64,000 nt of DNA from Balanoglossus misakiensis (lineage: Eukaryota > Animalia > Hemichordata): positions 2,206,760 through 2,270,759 of the forward strand of contig CM082576.2 of NCBI GenBank assembly GCA_040954595.2, in the 5' to 3' direction. Shown piece by piece: positions 54,052 to 64,000 of the stretch (position 1 is its first letter; each line of letters opens with the position of its first letter). The position numbers were made by a program, and so were the translations under genes. The notes under the pieces are model-generated. The model worked only from the letters and a program-made list of their open reading frames with translations. It had not been told where the DNA came from and made no database searches.

Positions 54052-55247
54052 AACGAGTCTGCGCAGTTTAATATTAACTCAAGTGTCGTGTCGTGCACAA
54101 GAACGAGACTCGAGCAGGAATGTTTGAAATATATGTAAATGGATATACATACATGTATCATGTAGATAGATAGATGGTCGGTGTATTACTGCACTGTTAT
54201 GATTTGTAGGGCTTGGAGACCAAACCTACCAGACATGAAGCCCTATTGGTTTTGATACAGTTGTTCTTCTTCCCATTTTCTTCTTCCGCCAATTCTTGAA
54301 CAAATTCAGCCTGGAACTATAGAACCACATGATGCACACTTCTCAAACGTAACCAATCAGTACTTATGCGCCTAACTCTTGAATTTATGATCTTTTATTG
54401 CTTTCGATGGATTAGTATCTTTTATTAGTCAAATAACGTTAAGTCTTATAACTGACCCACATATAATATATATGCACGGGCATAAATACAAGTACATGTA
54501 CTGTATATCATTTCACAGCACGCCTTTTTAGACTAGCCCGCTAAGCAATGTTGTGCGTCACTTCGACGGTGCCAGTCAATTCCCCCAAAAACTGAAGACG
54601 AAAGGGCCTGTTTTTGAAACTGTGGACACGGATGGCGCACTACTGTACCCAAAAGCAACCCACTTGACAGAATAATTTTTCAGGCCCATATATTGTAATA
54701 TATGTGATTTAACCTAACCTAACCTTAACTTTTGTTAGATTTCATTGTATCAATGTTAATTAGTCAAAGACTTAACCAATTTCTATAACAGATTAATGTC
54801 ATAGGCACAACTGAAACATTTTAAATCTTACTACAATAACTAGTACGTTTTACAAAGCAAGAACTCAATGAGAACTCATGACAATAAAATATCAGAACGA
54901 ACAACAGACGGGAACAACATATTTTCCATCACTTCAAAAGTACAAAATCCCCCTTTATCGTCGGGACAAGGTGAGTTTGGGCGATATTGATGCATTATGA
55001 AGTGCGCTACTGTCAGCCCAAAAGAGCTTTTTTAAAAGTTGTTTTGGCAGCCAGGCCTTAGGCCTAGCTACTTTGGAATCGTCGGGAAACAATCTCAGGC
55101 GTCTGCTCTCACATCTAACTGGGTTAGCAATAATTTTCCCCAACCCTTTCTCGGGAAATAATTCGATAAACGTGAAAAGTTACTCGCAATTCGTCCTGCA
55201 CTTGCAAGAACTGCGTCGCCAAGTGAGAGCGTTGGTTCATAGATAAA

Positions 55248-55259
55248 TGCGCATGCGCA
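55248..55259. promoter_or_regulatory. NRF1-type palindrome in the SAMD15 promoter
   Basis: TGCGCATGCGCA about 30 bp upstream of the ATG. A similar ACGCATGCGCA lies at 58132-58142 before ACBD3. Confidence 0.6.
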
Positions 55260-55285
55260 CAATGCGATAGCAACCAAAAACAAAA

Positions 55286-56308
55286 ATGGCGCAGCAGATG
55301 GCCGAACCGAACTGTCTGCATTGGAGTTGTGACGATGTTGCAGACTGGATTGAGCAACTAGGTTTTCCACAGTATAGGGTAAGTATTAAGCTTAGTTTAG
55401 TGTAAGAAACCAACCCACATTAAAGTTAAACCGAAAATTAAATATTGAGTTTGTGCCTTTACCAAAACTTGTCCAACCACTGTGGTTCAAACACAGACAC
55501 CCGCAGCAGGGATGCAGATGGAAAACACACTTCCGTGTTACATGTTGCATTCATTTATTTGGCGTGAAATTCCGACCCAACTTGTCGCTCCCTATCTAGC
55601 CCTGCTCCACATCCTTTCTAATATGTATTGTCTTGGCACAGTCACTACAGTTTTCCCAAAGACAACTTCAACACTACACTACACTACACTACACTACACT
55701 ACACTACACTACACTACACTACACTACACTACACTACACTACACTACACTACACTACACTACACTACACTACACTACACTACACTGCACATGCTACTTTA
55801 TGCGACACAGAGTGTGTGTGTGTGTGTGGAAAGTGAAAGTAAAACAAGTACAGAGTTTTGGCATTTTCTTCATATTCGTCTTTCCAGGAGTGTTTCACCA
55901 GGAATCTGATAAACGGAAGAAAACTGATTATAGTTGACTGTTCACATTTGCCACTGCTTGGAATTACAGACTTTGAGCACATGAAGGTAAAGTAGCTCAG
56001 CATTCATTGCCTTTGCTGTGTGTTTGAGAGAGATTTTACTGCAATATGAAGTTTTTAATTTCACAGATTGAAGAGCAATGCAGATACCTTCAGTATCAGA
56101 CTGTTTATACCAGAGTTCAGTTGTACATCAAAACAGGCTGAGAAGAAGCATGGTACTGCCTTTTATGGAACCGCCAAATTTTCCACACAAACAGAACCGT
56201 GAAAAGTTACATGCAAGAAGAGCAGCCAGATGAACATTCTCTGTTGTTTCACTGTTGATCCTTGTTTCTCAAGACTCTCTTTTTCAAGGGGCTGTGATGG
56301 TCATGTAT

Positions 56309-56357
<49 letters not shown>

Positions 56358-56536
56358 TGTAGTTAATTGCACGAAGTGTAAGGGAATTACTGGGCATTGA
56401 AGATCCCTTCTGGAACCGAAGCATATCACTGCCGCCCAGAGAACCAATGGGAATGTTTCTAGACGCCAAAAGTATAACCGGACCAAAAGCGGACTCTCTA
56501 ACATACGCCAAGTTTCTCAAAGCGAATTACAAATGA
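55286..56536 (+). CDS. SAMD15: Sterile alpha motif domain-containing protein 15-like, 3 exons
   Basis: MAQQMAEPNCLHWSCDDVADWIEQLGFPQYR | ECFTRNLINGRKLIIVDCSHLPLLGITDFEHMK | LIARSVRELLGIEDPFWNRSISLPPREPMGMFLDAKSITGPKADSLTY...NYK*. Exons about 55286-55378, 55888-55986, 56362-56536. Confidence 0.88.
55670..55785. repeat. (ACACT)n pentanucleotide microsatellite
   Basis: About 23 perfect units in SAMD15 intron 1. Confidence 0.98.
56313..56355. repeat. (CT)n microsatellite forming the polypyrimidine tract of SAMD15 intron 2
   Basis: TC run directly before the ATTGTAG acceptor. Confidence 0.95.
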
Positions 56537-58176
56537 CCGCTCTAGATATTGTCTCTTGAAAACATCTATCTCAGAAAATTTTGTAAATATATTTCTAATT
56601 TATATGAATTTTTTGTCGGAGTCATTTGCCTTGAAGAATGTTTTTTCATGTCACAGTGATTAGTTTGATGCAGACACAGGTCATTACATTGCAGAAATGC
56701 AAGAACTCAGCAACAAGCACAAACAACCCAGTTAAATGACTACTGACCAAATATTAGATTTTCTTTTATCAATTCATTTATTTTACTGAAGCCAAAATAG
56801 TATATAGCATATGAATTCATAGAACAGTCAGGTATTAGTTCTTTCATATTTGTGCATAGAACCTTTGCCAACGTGTTATTCTCAGATCTAGTTGATTAAT
56901 GACACAAAAAATGAAGGATGTAAAATGATGATAATTCTAAAAAAAACATCTCAGATTACTTTCTAGTTTTCTTAAAGCCCTCCTGAATCTGTACTGATAT
57001 TTAGTCAAGCAAAGTAATTCTAAATGTGAACTTCCAGTTTTAATTGGTAACATTCTTGGAATTTCCATGTTCTTAAAATGTGGCAAAAAAAGTATTTTTA
57101 CTGGAATTATGGTGGGAGCTAGCAATCTTGTTGTCATATTCCAGTAATTTCAATAATGTACTTGACAGGTCACATGTCATGATGGATTTGTACAGAGGAA
57201 ATCTTGATATAAAACAGGAATGTGGCATGATCAAATGAACAGCCGATGCACCATTGAAAGACACTAGACATGATATGGTGTGTACGTTTAGGTCTAGTGA
57301 CTTTCTGAACACCTGTGTGTAGAACACTATGTCATTAACAGGTGATAAAGTAGCCCATGTTGGAAATCAACCCTAGAAATCAGTTGTGTGTGGATGGTAA
57401 TGGTGTGTTTATTTATGACCGAGTGATTTTTGCCCCAAGCCAAATGAATAGAGCCAAACACAGTTAAATTAGTATCTCTTGTCATGTATTGAATTTTATT
57501 CGCCAAAAGTCTCTGGAGTCTGTACCTAAAGAGACAAAGTTGCAATGAACAGAATAACATAAAAAGCCCATCAAGAGAAATAAAGTTGGCAACTTTGCTC
57601 CGTAATTATGTAGTTTCTTTCCTCTCTTCCATTGTTAACATTGCGTCTACTTTGTAAATACCATATATCAAATACATCAAATACATGTACATGTGAGTTT
57701 TGCCAAAATTGATGGCATCTTTTTTTAATAAACAGCATCATGTAGTAAGTGAACAGTTGTGTGTTATGTGCTTGACTCTTCACTGTTACAAGGTCCCCTG
57801 TCCCCCTTCCCGTATTTGGTGCCTGCACATACAAATTGATGCGAGCAAAATAAATTAAAATCAAGGTCTGGCCTTTTCTCTGGACAGATAATTACACTTC
57901 TATTTTTAAAATTGTCTGGAGACACTATTGGTTGAAATGACCAATGTGTATGTTTATGCAGAGGAAGTTTTCATTTTTCATAGATGAGAATGCATGCAAT
58001 ATTCTGAGTGAGTGGATTGTGGATTGGAAATATCGATCACAATTATTTTCTACTCGCAAAGAACTGTGGTCAGAGCCAATCCAGTCTTCGCTTCCTGGTT
58101 TTCGTAATTTATTTTAATGTGCTTGAGTGTTACGCATGCGCAGCCGGCCTTTTTACGTGGCTTCTCGAAAACCAAG

Positions 58177-61100
58177 ATGGCGAGCGATTTAGGAAGGCTT
58201 GAAGCTACTGTGGATGGTTTGACGTTGAATGTAGAAGAAGATCCTCCCTCAACCGGGAGCAGCAGTGCGCCGATGGACTCGGGGGACTTTGTAGAAACGT
58301 GGGGCTTCGGCGTGGATGAAATGTACAAGTTGGCACTTCAATTTTATAAAGGTAATGTACTCTAGTGAGGACACAGTCATTGACCAAGTGCTCAGCTGTT
58401 GGGATATACTGCATTACACAGTGCAGTGTCCACGATCACACGTTGGCACGGAAAACAACATTGCTTTTCCCGTCGGATTTATAATGAGGTACTTCACCTA
58501 TTGTGTTGGTGCCACAGAAAGTGTATCTAGTGTATTTTTGGTCGCTGCCATGCAGCCATTACTCAGTTTTCTCAAATATGCATCACCCATCACAACAGAA
58601 ATGCTCTGAGGTGTTGCCCCCCCCCCCCCCCTATAAGACTCTGCTCCAGGGTGATTTGGGAGCAGTATACTCTTGCCATTGAAATGAGACCATTCCACTC
58701 TCAACCGTTTGTGGTTTGGCGATAAAATCAACAACATTTGCCTTCCAGACATCTCCCCCCTCTATAATTTGCCTCTGATAAAAATTTTGAATGATAACCT
58801 TTAAATTCACTGCAATTGTGATTATAAGGTACATAATTTGTAATGGATGTAGGCTCACTTCAGCATTTCAGTGATTGCTGCAGTTTTCAGGTCAAAACAG
58901 TGATCTTTGTATTCACTATGGTTACTGATCAATATTTTGTTGTCTGCCCGTTGCAAAGATTGCCTCAGTCACTGAAAATACGGACCAATCAAATTCACTC
59001 CTTCAAGTCAAAGGAAAACTGAAGTAACGAGCTTTGCAAATTAAAAGTGGCAAAGATTTTCTGGATTGTGTGTAAAACTTTGACCTGGTTGAACTGTTGC
59101 ATTAAACAACTCAACTACTCTTGGATGGAGAAATTACTTCTTAATCTCCAGGTAACAACTGACGACATTCCCCCTTGGATTACGGCCATTAATTTCACTT
59201 TGAACAAGTCTGTAATGTACATGGATTACTGATATGTACTGATATGTGGCTGTGTACGAGATTATCTGTACAAACTTGTTAACATGTCAGTGTTAGTGTA
59301 ATGTCAAAGTTTCCTGTGAAGGCATGATAGTATTGAACAAGATGTCGTCTATGCATACATGTATGCATGGCACACGGAAAACCTATGGAAAGCATCTTCC
59401 ATTCAATGAACATCTTCTTTGGGATGCTGAACCATGCCCAGATTTGTACTGATGTGCATTTGTGTATTATTGTCAGTGATGGAAAGAGCACATCCAAAGT
59501 GCCCCCTCATGATGAGGATTCGGGACTAATGTATGTATACAAACTGGCAGTTCCTTTGCAATCCTTTGAAAATGCCAGTCCTGATCTACAAGAACTGGCT
59601 TCTTCAGTTTGCTTGTTGAAGCCTTGTGAACCCTAAATTCTGCATTAAATTCTTTATCTGGAGCATTTCCTTTCAGAGTAGGGCCTTTGAAAGGTTATGA
59701 ACGTCTACAGTATAGAGTAGCTCTCAATACTTGAAGAGTTGTCCCTCTCTAAGACTGTTCTGTCGACTCTTCAGCCGTAAATCGTGCGTGAAGGGTTCAT
59801 TGACATCCATGTACATTTGTAGCTCATAAATGGTTAAAATTAGCATGATTGATTCCAATCACGGTGCTCGTGGGTTATCATTTTATGAAAAGCACTAATT
59901 TGTTCCAGAGAAATTCCATGGGCAAGGCAGTGTCTTTTCATGAAATAATAAGAAGGGGAGAAGCGTCAATCAGGAAGTAATCAAGCTCACTTGAGACATC
60001 CACCCATGGGCGGTGCGCGGCGATGAAGTAGTAATTTTCTCGTGTGTGTTTTTGGAGATCTTAGTACAGTCTTAATGTACAAGAAACATTTGATGCTTGG
60101 TGACAGCAATTCCTTAGTTTGTTACTGCTTATTCAGATTCCCGTGTGGTCAGGTCTCGCATTTCAAAACCTGAAATTCCATTCCTTTGCTGTTGTGTGAT
60201 ACTCTTCTAAGTTTCTCACTGCAATATGCTACTGATTAGTGATTATGTCATTTCTGTGTAGTGACATTCAGAAAAAAAAATGATATCATGGTTTTATTTA
60301 AAATGTGTAGTAGTCTAGTATTTATAGAAATTGTGAGGAGTGTGGCTAGCCTATAACCGGTGTATCCGTTTTATACAGGCTCATAAAACTCGTCTGCAAC
60401 ATGAAGTCTCGCCCTAAAATAATCTTGTGTACATCAAAGGTATTGCAGACTATATTGAGTTGTGTGTGACTGAATACAAAAATAAGAAGGTTATTTCTAT
60501 GGGTGTCATCTTGTGAATAACAATGCATGGTGTACGCTTGTTCTCGTCGTTCAGGTCTTAAACAATCGTATTTCTTCCTGTTGTGTACATGCAGTGATTA
60601 TCAAGGATCAAAGGATTTTTTTTAAATGCATAAAGCATCTTCCAATCCCAAGTAGTGTGTGTTTGATGTTTCCAGCATTAGATTTTAGAATGTTAAGAAC
60701 GAAGAAAATTAAAAAGAATTATAATCTTAATTAGTGAAGTTGTAGGTCACCTTTGATGCAGTGGGAGAACCTCATTAATTAAACCTAATCTTAGCATCAG
60801 TGTACATGTAATATGTAGGAAGATTATAAAGAGACAGGGATCTTTTTCCAGTTGTATAATTGGTGTCTATAGACGTATATGAAGATAATACCTTCATGAA
60901 TTTTTATTTTGTAATTTTCTTACTCTTATATAAATAGAATGTTTGGCAATAATGTAAATTGTGGAATCTTTCAATAAATTATTCATCCTGACGGTGTAAT
61001 ATGTATTGCTGGAGATCTCTTGGGCAACGTCTTTGTAAGCGAGAGCCATGGAGAAATGTTGAAAATGCATGCTTGCCTTGGGCATTGCACTGTGTGAGAT

Positions 61101-64000
61101 CCACAATTTTAGTCTCGGGTTCTTCATTTCAAAAGGAGTGATTTATGCAAAAGGTGTGATTTGCCAGGTTGGAGTCAGACCTACAGCTATCGTATTTTAT
61201 CTGAACCAAACTATTATTCTGACGAATATTAAATTGATTCTCAAGTGATACTAGAATTTTCTGTAAACCAGGCACTTTTGATATTCTCATGATACATGTA
61301 TTAAACAACCCACTGTTAGCAAATTGGAAATGAATATTTGATCTGTGCTGTAGATGCTGTGATGCATTGTTGTGGTGTGTTCTCGAAATATTTTTATGGG
61401 GTGTGTGATTCTGATATAGGTGTGGTCATGTGACAGGCCCTCTGTCACATGATGGAGGGACTGATTGAAAAATTTCAGCTTCCCTTGAGCAAATTCATTT
61501 TCTTTCATAAAGTACTTGTAGGGATTCTCAACAGATATAATTTACATCAGGTAATTACAAATCAGAGACAGGCTTACTGAATTCAGTGTAGTAGGTGTAT
61601 CCTGTTTGATCTGTTTTGCCAATAGCATTGTAATGATAGAGAGTGATTGTGTTTTTGAGTCCAGCACACTGTTGTTACGGTACTCAACAAGTAAGAAATT
61701 CTCATTTTTCTGTGTTCTACGTCTTGCAGAGATGGAGGGTAAAGTGGTCCACCTTTCATACAAGGATAAACTTAAACTGGTGGCTTACTGCAAACAGGTC
61801 AGTCACGGCCGATACGATCCCACCAGCTCACCACCAGTTGGAGTCTTAGATGTCATAGGAAATGATAGGAGGTGAGTACGGATGAGATGCAGTTGTCTTT
61901 TGTATTGATGAATCAGTGTGATCATACACACACCACACACACATTCTCATGCATGCATGCACACCAAGCAAAAATAGCAAGCCAAAATAGCTATAAGATG
62001 CTGTGTCTGTACATGGATCCGTTCAGAATTTCTCATTCATTTGTTTTCATTTTTTATGATGATCAGGAAAGAGTGGCAAGCCCTGGGTGAGATGGACAGA
62101 GACACTGCCAAGCAAGCGTTCTGTAGTTTACTCGACAAAAGGTGTCCGACACTGAAACCGTGGGTAGAAGCACACAAAACAGAGAAGGAAGAACAGGAAA
62201 GGAAAAAGTAGGTCGCCTATGAATTCTACCAAATTAGTCGGCAATGTGTCACTGTCAGAGCTTTGGCTGAAAAATCAGATACAATAATCTTATACTAAAT
62301 ATCAAAATAGATTTTGGAAAATTCAACAAATATACTCTATGAGGCGATGCGATGCTTAGACTTAACATCGGCAAAATATTACTGGCAGAGAAGTCTCTGC
62401 TGGATGTGTGCTCGTGGTTGCTGGCTAGGTTTCCCTGGAAACAGAACAGCTGCAATTGAACAGTGAGTTATTGCAGTGCTGTAAGTGCAAATGCTATAAA
62501 ATTCCTCAGTTTATCCGCTGTGAATAGCTCCATTGTTGCTTTTGCAGGAAAGAAGAGGAAGACAGGCGGAGACATGAGGAGGAGGAAAGAGAAAGAGAGA
62601 CTTTAGAAGAAAACGCCAGAAAACAAGCAGAGGAAGAAAGGATACGACAAGAACAACAAAGGTGCAATGATTTTCTTGATGTCATGTCTGCTGATGTGGG
62701 TGTTTTTACTAATACCATAGATCATAGAATCATTATAGTCTCTTGTACATGATTAAGAACCCCTGCCCTGCTCCTGTCTTGCCCCTTGCCGATGATACAC
62801 CACCCTCTCACACTTCTGATCCTCCTCACCAACAGACAAAATAAATTGAATCACCTGGTCTGTCTTTCATTAACTGATATGTTCTACACCGATGCCAACC
62901 TTGGGATGTCTTCCTTTTTATTTCAGGTTACAAATCAAACAGATGCTAGACCAGCAGACATATCCACAGTTTGCGCAGTACGCAGCACAGCATTACCCAA
63001 ACAGTCCTGAACAGGTGAGTGTAATGTCATGACTGGTCTGCTGTTTTATTTATCCTTGGAGGAGGAAATTATCCAATCCATGTACATTATCACAAAATTC
63101 CTCTTCAACATCAGCTTAGTTAGATCAAATGCAAATTAATCATCGCTTTTTTTGAGTACAAAGAAAATAATTTACATTATTCTTGCGTGTGGTTTGTTTG
63201 CCTGTGAGCAACGATAACTCTGGTCTTTCCTGTACACTTGTTGCCATGGCAACTTATACATTATAAATGACACATTTCCATAGTAACGCCCACGTTATCC
63301 CCTTCAGTGCTCACACGTATACAGTATTATTTATTTTCATTTAATACCAATGCTAACGAGCCATAAATTGTTTCCTAGTCCAGCATATGGCTTCCTAATG
63401 ACCCATTATATGTTATTTTCTCACTTCTGGCAAGGAAGCAGATTTTTTGACCAGTGTTGTCGTCAAGTTGCTCATCCAAGTGTTTTCCTGGTTTTCGTTT
63501 TTTCCCCCCAGCAACAAACCTTGATAAAACAACTGCAAGACAATTATTTTGCGCAGTATATGCAGCAAGTCTATCAGCAGCAGTTACAGGCACAGCAACA
63601 GTTACAAGCTCAACCACAACAATTAACAGGTAAGCAGAGATTCGATCAAGGGCAGTGCTTTTAAGCCTACAGTCGTATCAGTGGTCATTTTGGAATTTGT
63701 ATCCTTCAGTCGTGTTAGTGGTCATCCATTTGATCCATGGCAAAATTTAAGCCTTTGGTCGTGTCAGTGGTCATTATGGAACTGGGTCTCCTTGTGTTTG
63801 CAGGTATGAATGGACAAGCTCAACCACCAATCGATCAACAACAACAACAACAACAACAACAACAAACACAACAGCAGCAACAGGAGTCACTTCCCCAACC
63901 GGAGGCGGCCCCGAAACCGGAAGAAATCGCCACGACAGTAGTGATGAACGGAGAGGAGAAGCCAAACCACGAAGGAGAGCAAGCTGTGATGGGGAACAGC
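58177..64000 (+). CDS. ACBD3: Golgi resident protein GCP60 / ACBD3, 5' part, continues beyond the window
   Basis: WGFGVDEMYKLALQFYK | EMEGKVVHLSYKDKLKLVAYCKQVSHGRYDP...GVLDVIGNDRR | KEWQALGEMDRDTAKQAF (ACB domain), a charged coiled coil, QIKQMLDQQTYPQFAQYAAQHYPNSPEQ, and QQTLIKQLQDNYFAQYMQQVYQQQL (Q domain). Confidence 0.95.
63837..63866 (+). repeat. (CAA)n repeat, probably coding poly-Gln in ACBD3
   Basis: CAA run inside the exon that starts at about 63804. Confidence 0.8.

Noticed and set aside
52518-54138. Plus-strand ORFs overlapping the sulfotransferase
   Set aside because: Antisense shadows of a GC-richer coding sequence with no recognisable motifs.
55482-55937. ORFs with HYTTL repeats
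   Set aside because: These are translations of the (ACACT)n microsatellite in SAMD15 intron 1.

Overview
Intron-rich, AT-rich animal genomic DNA. It looks like a marine invertebrate deuterostome such as a hemichordate, but that is an inference. I reconstructed the genes by hand from splice sites and translations. In order: EXOC5 (5' part, minus); a 17-exon gene joining an N-terminal CFAP97/KIAA1430-type domain to a four-repeat annexin core (minus); a TTLL15-like ATP-grasp ligase with an N-terminal membrane anchor (minus), head-to-head with NOP53 (plus, with a U12 intron); a cluster of three related, divergent homeobox-derived genes at about 38-51 kb; a small Shisa-like membrane protein; an intronless carbohydrate sulfotransferase; SAMD15; and ACBD3 (5' part). 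The main candidate for an undescribed system is the homeobox cluster. Its three paralogs share an unrecognised N-terminal motif and the same intron phases. Two have atypical homeodomains lacking Asn51, and one has deleted most of its homeodomain in frame. The upstream regions of two of them carry repeated Su(H)/CSL sites joined to a palindrome. The second candidate is the CFAP97-annexin fusion.
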